Shown here: piece after piece, positions 49,832 through 59,262 of the stretch
Layout of the letters: each line of letters opens with the position of its first letter
Position numbering within the stretch: position 1 is the stretch's first letter
IMG/VR virus record: IMGVR_UViG_3300033066_001917
Location: 64,001 to 128,000 of that record
Source: a virus
Lineage: Duplodnaviria; Caudoviricetes
Direction: 5' to 3' (one strand)
DNA length: 64,000 bases
Position numbers and translations under genes: made by a program
The notes under the pieces: model-generated
What the model was told of the DNA's origin: nothing
Databases searched by the model: none
Seen by the model: the letters and a program-made list of their open reading frames with translations, nothing else

Positions 49832-50338
49832 TCACTTGACTTTCTTCCAATCCTCTCCCCGTTTCCAAGACCATTCGGAAATAATCTTATGGTCTCCGCT
49901 GGCCAAGACTCGTTCAATCGAAATCTCGGCCGTACGGTAGTAATCAGGGATTGCTTTGGTAAGTTCCTTACCACCTGTATAAGGGCTTCGGAGCTTATAC
50001 AGGTCCACCGTCCCAAGGTGGCCCTTGTCTATTCCTTTTTCCCATTGTGTTGTGATGTCTTTGACAATATCGGATAGAGACTTACTTGCTTCTTTAGCTG
50101 AAGCATACGTAAATCTTGCCCAGGCCAATGGTTTAATAAGGACATCGTGGGTCTGGACGGGAGACCCAGGGTCGGTTCTGTAGTCCCTCATAGCGGCTCT
50201 GAGTTTGATCTCAAAGGTTACCCCCGATACCTGATTGGCTGCTGATTTCATCCCCTCTGTTACGATAGGAAGAAGATGGGGACGCAGAGACGGGTTCTCA
50301 TAGGCTAGGCGGATGACTTTAGATCGGAGATGGCTCAT
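49832..50338 (-). CDS. hypothetical protein with N-terminal LRSxxIRLAxxN motif
   Basis: Starts MSHLRSKVIRLAYENPSLRPHLLPIV; GAGGAG SD. Confidence 0.7.
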   Translation of the reverse strand: MSHLRSKVIRLAYENPSLRPHLLPIVTEGMKSAANQVSGVTFEIKLRAAMRDYRTDPGSPVQTHDVLIKPLAWARFTYASAKEASKSLSDIVKDITTQWEKGIDKGHLGTVDLYKLRSPYTGGKELTKAIPDYYRTAEISIERVLASGDHKIISEWSWKRGEDWKKVK

Positions 50339-50379
50339 GTTCTCTCCTCAACCATAGAGTTTCAACCGTAAGGATGGGG

Positions 50380-51123
50380 ATGAAACCATCCACCACCCCC
50401 AAAGACAGACTCCTGGAAACTATTCAGACCATTGAAGAACACAGGCCCATAGCACAATCGGGCGAACTAACAGAAACATTCGCTAATATGCTTCGGGGTA
50501 TGCTTCATGGATTAATCATTGCTTCTTATGAGGAGTGTTTTGGTAGAGATACAACGGCTACGGTGTCCTGTTATCGTCATAACACCAAAAGCCGTTCGGC
50601 TAAAATCATTCTTGAAGAAGCGAGAAGCATCATCAGCGAGCTGTGGCCAGATGGAAACCAGCAAGAAACCTTTTTCTCCCAGCCTATTTTTCTTGGCGGC
50701 GGGGAAGATTATTCGGTTTTTCAAATCAACCGATTGCTTGGGCAAGTCAGACGAACTCTATCTTTGTTGAGTGGATTGCAACAAGCCCCGATGTCCACCG
50801 ATGAGATGAGTCAGGCTCAAGAGTGGGAGGGTCATCAATTGAAGCTTGAACACCAGGGTCTTGTTCGAAGCATTGTGATGGCTCTTGGGGGGGAGGTTGT
50901 CCTTCGACCCCTTGACCTACCCCTTTGGGTGACGGAAACAACCACCCGAGAGCTCCGAGAGGAGACAGGGAAAAAGTTAGTGGCTTGCGGTGCCATTATT
51001 GAGGCTGAGGACGCTTGTAGCATCCGATGGCGGGGGAGCGAAAAACTTCTGGCCTTTGTCTCCTCATGGCCGGGAGTTGTACGTGGCTCTACCTACACGA
51101 CCCCGGAATTTCTGATGCCGTAG
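50380..51123 (+). CDS. hypothetical protein
   Basis: About 247-aa ORF; GTAA-N8-ATG points to a start at 50380. Confidence 0.65.
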   Translation: MKPSTTPKDRLLETIQTIEEHRPIAQSGELTETFANMLRGMLHGLIIASYEECFGRDTTATVSCYRHNTKSRSAKIILEEARSIISELWPDGNQQETFFSQPIFLGGGEDYSVFQINRLLGQVRRTLSLLSGLQQAPMSTDEMSQAQEWEGHQLKLEHQGLVRSIVMALGGEVVLRPLDLPLWVTETTTRELREETGKKLVACGAIIEAEDACSIRWRGSEKLLAFVSSWPGVVRGSTYTTPEFLMP

Positions 51124-51133
51124 ACCTTTTAAC

Positions 51134-51679
51134 TTACTTATCCCGAAAGTAAGGGAGCGAGAACCGCACCATAAGACCATTGAGTCCGGTTTTGGGGCTG
51201 GTATATGGCTCTATTGCAACTTGAAGCTGGGAATCCATCAAATGGACTCTATCCCAGTACGGTTCCATGATTTTTTCATACCGATCTTTGTCACGAAAAG
51301 CGATATCTTCGTATTGCTCCGCCGCCATGTCTTTGTCTTCTGCCGCCATGTCCCGACATCTCAAGAGAACTTCACGCTCTAGTCGAGTTAGGTTTAGGCT
51401 CCTTATGGCACTATCATTGTCCAGAATATAGGCTACCCCATTCTTTGCTCGTGGCCATAAATCGGCCACATATCCAGCGACGTTGGCCGGATTGATAGTC
51501 CCAGCGGTTCCCCAGTGGGTGGGAATGGCCATGACATTCCCCTCATAGGCCGGGTTCGTGGTCCTGGGTTGCTTAATCATGGCCACCTTTCCATCGGTAA
51601 CAATTACCGGAAGGATGCAGGATTTGATAGCCCGATTTTGATGCGCGAGTCGAATAAGTTGACTTCGGAGAGAGCCCAT
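51134..51679 (-). CDS. hypothetical protein with N-terminal LRSxxIRLAxxN motif
   Basis: Starts MGSLRSQLIRLAHQNRAIKSCILPVI. Confidence 0.7.
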   Translation of the reverse strand: MGSLRSQLIRLAHQNRAIKSCILPVIVTDGKVAMIKQPRTTNPAYEGNVMAIPTHWGTAGTINPANVAGYVADLWPRAKNGVAYILDNDSAIRSLNLTRLEREVLLRCRDMAAEDKDMAAEQYEDIAFRDKDRYEKIMEPYWDRVHLMDSQLQVAIEPYTSPKTGLNGLMVRFSLPYFRDK

Positions 51680-51702
51680 GCGAGACCGGAAAGATAGGAA
51701 GA

Positions 51703-52549
51703 TTACTCTTCAACCCTCTCCATTTTCGTTTGGTGATCAATCTGGTGCGCAAAAATAGGACTTGCGCCTTTGAAAATTACGTCCACGGCGTTAACACAAC
51801 CCCATTTGAGTGGCAACTGAACCGGAACGTACTCCTGCCTTTGAACGATCAGTCCGGGGTTGGACCTAGCTTCGTGCATTTTCGGTAATTTCTGCACTTC
51901 TTCCGTCGTGAAGGCTCGATGTACCGTTTGCTTGTTGAATGCCACGCCGAACTTCCTCTCCGGCGGTAAGAGACCCCACGATTTACCATTTTCCGTTAAC
52001 CACGATCGAACGTCTCGTGGGCTTTTACCGTGAATAGCCGATGGGGATAAAAATTCCTGGCCCCTCCCAAGGGTTGAGTTACGAATTGCATCCGTTTCTC
52101 TCCATTTCACAACCTCTTGCGCCGTTGTTCGATCCAGAACATTGTAGGCCCTGCAATCAAAGGTAGCGATTTTATTGGTACTGATACCCCCACTTGTTAA
52201 GGTCGAGGTTGAATCTAGCAGCCGCAATTCCCGCCAGTAAGGAGCACAGTTTCATCACCCCCCCACCAAAGATGGGCTGGGCTTTCCCTTGTGGGTGGTA
52301 GACAAGAGTGATCTCGTCTGACTGCGTGTAGCAATAACATGCACCTATCTCACTGGCCAGATGCAGCATGGTATCGACCATGAGGCCATTAAGCCTTGGG
52401 TCAAATGGCCGTTCAACGCAAGATGTCCAGGAGTGAAAGGAACGGCCATCTAGGCGAATGATGATGGGCTGTTCCGGGTCTAGGGTCAGATCGGTGACCC
52501 CTTCAAATTTCTTGAGCCTATCCCCCTCGGGGTCTGGTTGCTTAGACAT
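51703..52549 (-). pseudogene. Thg1-like (tRNA-His guanylyltransferase / 3'-5' polymerase) gene split by a single-base frameshift
   Basis: RLDGRSFH, YTQSDEI and KLCSLLA in one frame; FDCRAY and WRETDAIRNS in the next. Removing one G from the G5 run (52187-52191) fuses them. Confidence 0.8.
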
Positions 52550-52564
52550 GCAAGGGGTTACGTC

Positions 52565-53044
52565 TCAGACAACCCTCTCGTTCTCTACAATCCCACCATG
52601 ACCGCAAACAGTGCAATTGTAGTGGACCGTGAACTGTGGTTGGTTTTTTCCATCAATGATGTCATACCGCAGAGTTGTTACGGGGTTCCCTGCGAAATCC
52701 TTGTGTTTTCGGTGAACGGCACCACCACATTTTAGGCATTGATATTCATAGGATTCGAAACAAGAAGATACGCCTTTGATGACACATGGTAGGCCGTCCC
52801 TTTTGTCTCGTGAGTGTTTTGTGTACCAGGAGTTGTCACATTTGATTTCGTGTGTGAATTCTTTTTTGCACTCTTCACACAAACAGGAATACCAATGGTG
52901 ATTGGGGTCACGTCCAATACCGCCCATAACAGTTTGCTCATGGTTTAACTGTTTCACTCGCTCACTGTCGCAATACGGGCATACGTGATTGGTTCCCAAA
53001 ATGGGACGGTTGCTGATGATGTCTAGAAGGTCCATATAGGCCAT
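52565..53044 (-). CDS. multi-CxxC zinc-binding protein
   Basis: CPYC, CEEC, CLKC and CTVC; TAATG-coupled to the MTase. Confidence 0.7.
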   Translation of the reverse strand: MAYMDLLDIISNRPILGTNHVCPYCDSERVKQLNHEQTVMGGIGRDPNHHWYSCLCEECKKEFTHEIKCDNSWYTKHSRDKRDGLPCVIKGVSSCFESYEYQCLKCGGAVHRKHKDFAGNPVTTLRYDIIDGKNQPQFTVHYNCTVCGHGGIVENERVV

Positions 53045-55002
53045 TACACTAAACCCAAAAGATCCGTGAGAGATTGCGGACTTTCATCTTTGGTCTCTTC
53101 ATCTTTGGGCTCACCCGCTTTTAGGTCTTCATCCCATAAAAGCGGGTTGTCAGCTAAAAGGATCCTTGCAACGGCTGTTTGATGTGATTCTGGTTCCATT
53201 TCAATGCCGGTAAATTGGAAACCCTCCTGAATAGCCGCTACTCCAGTGCTTCCACTTCCCATGAAAGGATCCAGAATATGGCCCCCAGGGGGTGTTACAA
53301 GACGGCACAGGTAGCGCATCAGTTTTAGTGGTTTGACCGATATGTGTTTGTTGATAACTCTCCCATCTGCTGTTCTTTCCTTTTTGGATGCCTTAGCACA
53401 GAAAAAGAACCGGGACGCGCCCCCCTCGTTAGGTTCATAGGTTTGAGTCGCTTGCTCTCCACGAAGACCGCCGAATATTCCGGGATCCCCCCGACTTCCA
53501 CCTTGCTTCAATTCTCCGGACTTCAACAAGCCACTTTGTTCATCTAACTCGGATACCGGGCACCCCGTTTCACATTCCCATTCTCCTTCGGTACAGAGGA
53601 AGAACCTGGATACATACCCTTCGTCTTTGTAACCAGCGTTCTGGGAACCTTCGGGGAAGGTTCCCAGACTTTTCCCTGTGTAACCACCTTGTGACACACC
53701 GTTGCTTCTTACGGATGTTCCCCCTTTAGAGATCCCACCCTGTTTGTTGAGTGCATCTACCGGACACCCGGGCTCGCACCCCCATTCATCAAATCCATCT
53801 GTACACAAGAAGAACCGAGAGGCCCCCCCGGAGTCCATAGGATACTCCACTGATCGATGGTTCCTAGGACCCCATACCGTATTCCTTACATCAGCTTCGG
53901 AAGATTGTTTTGATCTCCGACCCGTAATACTGGTCGTCCCGCTCTGTTCATCCAGAGATTTTACCGGACACCCGGACTCACATTCCCAAGCGGGAATGGT
54001 TTCCGTACCATCCTCGCCCCCATAACCGCAAGTCCTACCTAGGGAGTCAATTCCGCCTCCATAAAGGGTATGTTTGCGATCTCCATCTGGTTCATATGCG
54101 GTACCCGTTTTAACTTTCCGGGTGCCGATCTTTCGACAACCCGGAAGATGCGATAAAACCACATTTCCGGGCCACCTCCCGCCCGGCGTGGGGTTACATT
54201 GAACTTTTCTGTCCCCCTCGGCACCAAAATAGCTTTGCTGGTTCTCCGGCATTTCCTGCCCGCGGTTGCGATAGTACATGGCCCCGCTATCGGGTTCATT
54301 TGCACCTACCGGGATTCTGCATCCATCGATGTTGATACCCCCCGTTCCGTGCTTGAGAACGTTTTCCGCTACAGTTCCAATCAGTGGTTTCCTGAACATC
54401 AGGAACGGTTCATGGGAAGGTTTCAGTGCCGTGCCATGGCCTTCGTATCGTTTAGCCTCCTCCCGCTCTATAGTCTTGGGTTGAGTTTTCTTTCTGGACT
54501 TGGGGAACTCAGACCAGTGGAGATCCTCACGGTCCCGGGCCCCATCGCCCGTAACGGTTGAATCGGATCTGCCATGTTCTAGGTGGGCTTCCACCACCTT
54601 AGCAATGTTCACACTCTTGGGAAATCCTCCGGATTTGATCCACACTATGGTGTCCCGACATTCGAACCCAGCCAGTCTCAGAGCAATCCCCAGAAGGTCT
54701 TGCGTCCGGGTGCTGGAGGCCGCCAGGATGTGTCCTCCTGGTTTTAGGACCCGATAGCACTCCTTCCATAATTCTGGGCCGGGAACGAAAGCGTCCCACC
54801 CCCGGCCCATCATTCCCCCTTTCATGCGTGGAGTGTATATTTCACCCATTATCCAAGCTGACAGTGCCTGGATAATGTCGCTCGCTTCGTGATCCGACAT
54901 CCCGTAGGGGGGATCCGTCACGATCGAATCGTAGGTGTTGTCTGGGATGGATTTGAGGGTGGCGAGGGCTTCGCCAAGAAGGAGGGTGTCCCGAAGACTC
55001 AT
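53044..55002 (-). CDS. N6-A/N4-C DNA methyltransferase (beta class) with a triplicated internal module
   Basis: IVTDPPY precedes H..VKP..LM and LDPFMGSGSTG; GTALKPSHEP. Confidence 0.85.
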   Translation of the reverse strand: MSLRDTLLLGEALATLKSIPDNTYDSIVTDPPYGMSDHEASDIIQALSAWIMGEIYTPRMKGGMMGRGWDAFVPGPELWKECYRVLKPGGHILAASSTRTQDLLGIALRLAGFECRDTIVWIKSGGFPKSVNIAKVVEAHLEHGRSDSTVTGDGARDREDLHWSEFPKSRKKTQPKTIEREEAKRYEGHGTALKPSHEPFLMFRKPLIGTVAENVLKHGTGGINIDGCRIPVGANEPDSGAMYYRNRGQEMPENQQSYFGAEGDRKVQCNPTPGGRWPGNVVLSHLPGCRKIGTRKVKTGTAYEPDGDRKHTLYGGGIDSLGRTCGYGGEDGTETIPAWECESGCPVKSLDEQSGTTSITGRRSKQSSEADVRNTVWGPRNHRSVEYPMDSGGASRFFLCTDGFDEWGCEPGCPVDALNKQGGISKGGTSVRSNGVSQGGYTGKSLGTFPEGSQNAGYKDEGYVSRFFLCTEGEWECETGCPVSELDEQSGLLKSGELKQGGSRGDPGIFGGLRGEQATQTYEPNEGGASRFFFCAKASKKERTADGRVINKHISVKPLKLMRYLCRLVTPPGGHILDPFMGSGSTGVAAIQEGFQFTGIEMEPESHQTAVARILLADNPLLWDEDLKAGEPKDEETKDESPQSLTDLLGLV

Positions 55003-55030
55003 AGGGGAACGTTACCCCAAAAGTTGGCCC

Positions 55031-55300
55031 CTATCGGAGTACCAGGGTGGTGTACCGAAGACTCCAAATCACCCAGTAGATACCAATGACCATAAGCATC
55101 CGTTGGGTCTCCGGGTTATCAATACCCCGATCAACGAAAAAGTACCCCAAACACACACTGGCGCATGTTCCTACACCCCAAAGAACCCACCTTGTGGCAA
55201 GGTAATGGAACTCCACCCTTTTGTATTCAAGATACAGGTGCCTCCGGGTCGGTTTGGGAAGGGATATGTTTCGATAAGGTGATTCAATGGTACTGGACAT
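55031..55300 (-). CDS. small membrane protein
   Basis: Two hydrophobic segments; start uncertain. Confidence 0.45.
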   Translation of the reverse strand: MSSTIESPYRNISLPKPTRRHLYLEYKRVEFHYLATRWVLWGVGTCASVCLGYFFVDRGIDNPETQRMLMVIGIYWVIWSLRYTTLVLR

Positions 55301-55700
55301 TAGTCGTCTTCCCAATCCTAAAACAGTGGATTTCCACATCTTCTAATGTGGAAAAATACCCTTTCCATGGAGGGTAAGCATCTGTAAGGGTATCCTCCAC
55401 GATAGCTTCCCGGATTTTTAGAGCCTCATCCTCGGTTGCTACCGCGGCCCACACCTCCCAGTTACCGTGGGTCGTTCCGAAACTGTTTCCATCCTGATAG
55501 CGAGGGATTACCAGGAACACGCGCTCGGCATTGAAAACTTCCTCGGACACCTCGAAATCATGAGCGAAAAATCCATTCTTTTCTCTAGCCACGGATTTGA
55601 AAGTCACGCTGATGTATGCCGGGTTTCGGTAAATACTATCCTGCTGGAGCTCTCCACCTTGAGTGGAAGACTGGTAGCTAAGGTATAGCTTTTTGTTCAT
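55284..55700 (-). CDS. hypothetical phage protein
   Basis: 138 aa with Y.DGNSFG and PWKGYF; GTAA-N8-ATG upstream. Confidence 0.7.
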   Translation of the reverse strand: MNKKLYLSYQSSTQGGELQQDSIYRNPAYISVTFKSVAREKNGFFAHDFEVSEEVFNAERVFLVIPRYQDGNSFGTTHGNWEVWAAVATEDEALKIREAIVEDTLTDAYPPWKGYFSTLEDVEIHCFRIGKTTNVQYH

Positions 55701-55715
55701 GGTTTTAATTACCCA

Positions 55716-56498
55716 TCAAGGCCCAAGAAGAGTGTACAAAACCATACATTTCCCACCCGCTAGGGTGCCCAATCCGAATCCAAGATGATAGAGATCCCGG
55801 AGAGGTTCAAATGGGTTAGGTGTTTCTTTATCCCTTTTTGTCAGCTCCAGATACTTAGGCCAGAACTGCACCCCACACATAACCTCTTTGTAACTCTGTT
55901 TTGGTGACTCGAGAGTCACCAAATTGGTGGGTCCTTTGGCCGGAGTGTTGTGATAAATCTTCGACCATTCGGAGAAAATATCAAGAGATGTCCCCACGTA
56001 TCTCAGGAAACCCCATGGGTTTTCCCTGTAGGTGCTGTTATAGCATACACCACACCATGTCACATCCACGAGGGGCTCTTCACCCAGAATAAACAATCGG
56101 CGGTTGAATTCGCGGACCAACTCTTCAGCTAAAACAAGACTTTCCCCACCGTAAGCCGCGAGCGATGCTAGCTCTTTGATTGTGAGTGGGTAGGGGGATG
56201 GTGAGGATCCCTTGGGTGAGTAAAACGACCTTCTTCTACAATCGCTCCAATCTTCCGCAAGTACCCCGCGTGCGGTTAAATCCTCCCATAGCTGACTGAC
56301 CGAGTCGTAGACCATTGGAAAAGTGCGGGTCACGTTTTTGTATTGTGCTTTAGGTTTTCTCCCGGTCCATGTCCATGTAATAGTGCCTTCCTGAAAATGA
56401 ACGGCATCTGGCCAAGCGAAAAAATGCTTAAAGCTAGGACCCATCTCACCCGTGAGGCAGGCGAGAACATCCGCTAATCGTTTGCGCGCTGGTCCCAC
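55716..56498 (-). CDS. hypothetical protein
   Basis: 260-aa ORF with C-terminal PNPFEPLRDLY.LG. Confidence 0.65.
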   Translation of the reverse strand: MGPARKRLADVLACLTGEMGPSFKHFFAWPDAVHFQEGTITWTWTGRKPKAQYKNVTRTFPMVYDSVSQLWEDLTARGVLAEDWSDCRRRSFYSPKGSSPSPYPLTIKELASLAAYGGESLVLAEELVREFNRRLFILGEEPLVDVTWCGVCYNSTYRENPWGFLRYVGTSLDIFSEWSKIYHNTPAKGPTNLVTLESPKQSYKEVMCGVQFWPKYLELTKRDKETPNPFEPLRDLYHLGFGLGTLAGGKCMVLYTLLGP

Positions 56499-56899
56499 AT
56501 GGACTCCCGGAGTGTCATTTTAAGAAATTTCCCAAGCATAATGGCTACCATGTCACTATTGTATTCCGGAAACCTCCCTTCGGGTCCACAAAGAAACCAC
56601 AAAGGGCACCACTCCACGAGGCCCTCGGCCGAAGATTGGGGTGTGCCTTCGTACTCCAGAGCAAGGTAGGTGTGGGCGAGCGATCCATCTGCCAGATACC
56701 GTTGAAATAGAGGCTTGGCGTCCGTGACGGTGATTCCGGTTTCCTCTCTGGTTTCACGAATTGCTGTTTCCAGCGGGCTCTCCCCGGGCTCGCCCTTTCC
56801 AAATGGCATCCCCCATTTTCTGTCCTTGTTGGACCGAACGAGCAGAACTTTGCCCTCACTGATGATCAGCATCCCAGCGCAAGGTTGTTTTTTCTCCAT
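56474..56899 (-). CDS. NUDIX hydrolase
   Basis: Nudix box GKGEPGESPLETAIRETREETG; GTAA-N7-ATG at 56899. Confidence 0.85.
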   Translation of the reverse strand: MEKKQPCAGMLIISEGKVLLVRSNKDRKWGMPFGKGEPGESPLETAIRETREETGITVTDAKPLFQRYLADGSLAHTYLALEYEGTPQSSAEGLVEWCPLWFLCGPEGRFPEYNSDMVAIMLGKFLKMTLRESMWDQRAND

Positions 56900-56913
56900 A
56901 GTCTTATTACCTC

Positions 56914-57309
56914 TCACCCGAAATACTCTGGGCATGGGACATTGTCACCTTCAAGCCACCGAAGACAGTCAGTTGGGCCAGAATAGGATGCCTGGATGAC
57001 CTCCTTCCCCGCTAGGACATGGGCTACCCACCGATGATTGCCGTCTGAAATCGTGAGCTCGGTTGGTGCCACACCCCACCATTTCCAGTCAATGTTGATG
57101 GGATCCAGATCTTCCCCCGCCATGAGCCGATCATACATCCACCTCACGCGCCCAGCATCATAGCTGTTGGATCGGTCCAGTTCCGGTACGTAGTTCGGTA
57201 TGGGTGATGCCGCCAGTACCACATCCAAGCGCATTTTGTTGACCTCATTGGAGGGCCAGCCCGCAAGTCTGAGCCTGGAAACGAGAATCATGGAACTATC
57301 CCCGGCCAT
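56914..57309 (-). CDS. ParB/Srx-like N-terminal domain protein
   Basis: LDPINI...ISDGNHRWVAH; start trimmed because the ORF-track extension overlaps another gene. Confidence 0.55.
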   Translation of the reverse strand: MAGDSSMILVSRLRLAGWPSNEVNKMRLDVVLAASPIPNYVPELDRSNSYDAGRVRWMYDRLMAGEDLDPINIDWKWWGVAPTELTISDGNHRWVAHVLAGKEVIQASYSGPTDCLRWLEGDNVPCPEYFG

Positions 57310-57640
57310 AGTGGCGGTCCTCCTGTTCGCGCATCCACTCGTACCCGAAGGGTTCCAGGTCCGTGAGGGGGTTCGGGGCGGTGTTGGGGGTCCAGTTGGG
57401 GTTGTTGACGAAACGGTCTTCCGTGGGGTTATCTCCCCAAGCGGAGATAATTCTATCCAGGAGGTTCCGGGCTCCTTCTTCCCACTGGAAACTGTGATTG
57501 TGGTAGAAATCAGCCCAAAAGCGATCTCCCACGGTTCGGCGAGCACAGACGAAATACTGGCGTCGGCTTGAAGGACCGTCTTCCGGGTGGTGGTATTCAA
57601 CAACGGTCTCACCGATTTCGAGCATGAAGGTGTCAGTCAT
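57296..57640 (-). CDS. hypothetical protein
   Basis: MTDTFMLEIG...; GGGAG upstream. Confidence 0.55.
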   Translation of the reverse strand: MTDTFMLEIGETVVEYHHPEDGPSSRRQYFVCARRTVGDRFWADFYHNHSFQWEEGARNLLDRIISAWGDNPTEDRFVNNPNWTPNTAPNPLTDLEPFGYEWMREQEDRHYGRG

Positions 57641-57665
57641 GATGGGCTCCCTGTTGATGTGGTGG

Positions 57666-57968
57666 TTACCAGGAAAGACGGACGTAGTAGCGACCATGGT
57701 CAAGCTCACCCCTCTCTGCAAGGTCGCAGAGAACGTCAGAGATACTTACTTTGTTCGCGCGAATGGTTTCGATGGTGACGGAACGAGTGAACTGATCGTA
57801 GGTGGTGTCCCCACTTTTAATGCAGCCTTTGGTGGCATCGTCACCAAAGGTAGCCTCCTGAGCCTCGTCCCAATCCGCGCCGTATACCTCGCACATTTTC
57901 CTGAAAAGGTCGTTGGCATCGATGACACGATCCTCCCGACACGGGAGTTTGGTCCTGGTAGTAACCAT
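57666..57968 (-). CDS. hypothetical protein
   Basis: 100-aa ORF in the packed minus-strand run. Confidence 0.6.
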   Translation of the reverse strand: MVTTRTKLPCREDRVIDANDLFRKMCEVYGADWDEAQEATFGDDATKGCIKSGDTTYDQFTRSVTIETIRANKVSISDVLCDLAERGELDHGRYYVRLSW

Positions 57969-57980
57969 TGGGGTAGGGGA

Positions 57981-58181
57981 TCAGTGGGGATTGTGAGAGA
58001 GATCGCGGCGATCGAAATCACGGGTACGGGTACGGACTGCACCACGGTCGTGAGTGCGGTTGCGAGCGCGGGCGCGGCGACCGGCAGAACCCTTGTTGAA
58101 GCGGTCGGTGTTGCAACAAGGGCAGTGGACACCACCAACACCGCAGTTGCTGTGGACAAGACGGGTACGAACGTCACTCAT
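57981..58181 (-). CDS. small basic Cys/Arg-rich protein
   Basis: CGVGGVHCPCC followed by an Arg-rich tail; GAGGTG SD. Confidence 0.55.
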   Translation of the reverse strand: MSDVRTRLVHSNCGVGGVHCPCCNTDRFNKGSAGRRARARNRTHDRGAVRTRTRDFDRRDLSHNPH

Positions 58182-58237
58182 AGTGGAAACACCTCAACTC
58201 TGTATCGGTTGGGATTGTACGAAAACAACCATAAAAG

Positions 58238-58885
58238 TTACTTGATGGTCGCCCAAGGTGTCGGAACATCCCCGTAATGTTCTTGGAAAATGTTGGGGCT
58301 AAATCCATTTCGCTCCATAGCTGCTCTAGAATGGGTGTCCCGGGCTTGTTCCCCTTCCTGAAATCCAATACTGTAGGCATCATAGAGAGAGGGATTTACC
58401 GGAATACCCGTGTTCAAATGGCCACGGAATCCAGTCACACCGTCCTTGAATCCCATCTCCCAAGAAGAGAACAGTTGGTATGAAAGGTGAGGGGGGGTGT
58501 TGTTGGTGACTTTCGGTGCTACCATTCCAATAATACTCCTAAGGGAACGCAAGATGACGGATCCAATATCCGGGTGGACCCCAACCATAAAATTGGTCAG
58601 TTCATCGAGTTTTGCCCACCGAGCCGAACGTACCAAGGCCCCCAGTTCATCGTAGGCATCCACTACACTATAATAAACGACAATCGATGTCCCATTTGCA
58701 CTGATGGAACAGAGTTCATTAGGGTTTGTAATTCCAACCCCAAGTCGTCCACGAGCTAAGTTATCGAGTCTAGTTGGAGTACCCGAGTAGGGTAGAAAGT
58801 CCCCCTGATGACCCTGTTCGTGGTTCCCTGATACAACTGCAACTTCTCCAGATCTATTCAGTACTGCAAGTGCTACGATGTTCAT
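58238..58885 (-). CDS. hypothetical protein (possibly degenerate NUDIX-like N-terminus)
   Basis: 215 aa; ATGA-coupled; no intact Nudix box. Confidence 0.55.
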   Translation of the reverse strand: MNIVALAVLNRSGEVAVVSGNHEQGHQGDFLPYSGTPTRLDNLARGRLGVGITNPNELCSISANGTSIVVYYSVVDAYDELGALVRSARWAKLDELTNFMVGVHPDIGSVILRSLRSIIGMVAPKVTNNTPPHLSYQLFSSWEMGFKDGVTGFRGHLNTGIPVNPSLYDAYSIGFQEGEQARDTHSRAAMERNGFSPNIFQEHYGDVPTPWATIK

Positions 58886-59262
58886 GCTGCTTCTCCTACT
58901 TTGATTTCCTCGCTGCCAAAACGACCCCGTTTAATCGTTACAACAAAAGGATCAGGGTTGAGCTCAATCGTCACCTCAACACTGTAGGTGGTGGTGATGG
59001 GCCGACCGTCGCGAAAACCCGCGGCATTGTAGTGTCCAACTCTGACCGGCCATGGGATAGGGCTATCTTCGTCGAGTTGCTCAATTGTTGCCACCCAGAG
59101 CCCTTTGTCATTGTAGGACATGCGGAGGATAACTCCTCCCGAACCGTTCTGCGGTTCTATGACAAACTGAACCTCATTCGAGGTGTACACGTCTTTCAGT
59201 GGCTTATCATCCAAAGTGACCAGTACTAGATCGTCGCTGTGACCATGAATTTTGAGCTGCAT
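58882..59262 (-). CDS. hypothetical phage protein
   Basis: KIHGHSDDLV...G.W; TAATG-coupled. Confidence 0.7.
   Translation of the reverse strand: MQLKIHGHSDDLVLVTLDDKPLKDVYTSNEVQFVIEPQNGSGGVILRMSYNDKGLWVATIEQLDEDSPIPWPVRVGHYNAAGFRDGRPITTTYSVEVTIELNPDPFVVTIKRGRFGSEEIKVGEAA

Noticed and set aside
57624-58277. 217-aa plus-strand ORF and many other antisense or overlapping ORFs in the track
   Set aside because: They are shadows of better-supported opposite-strand genes, with no motifs or initiation signals
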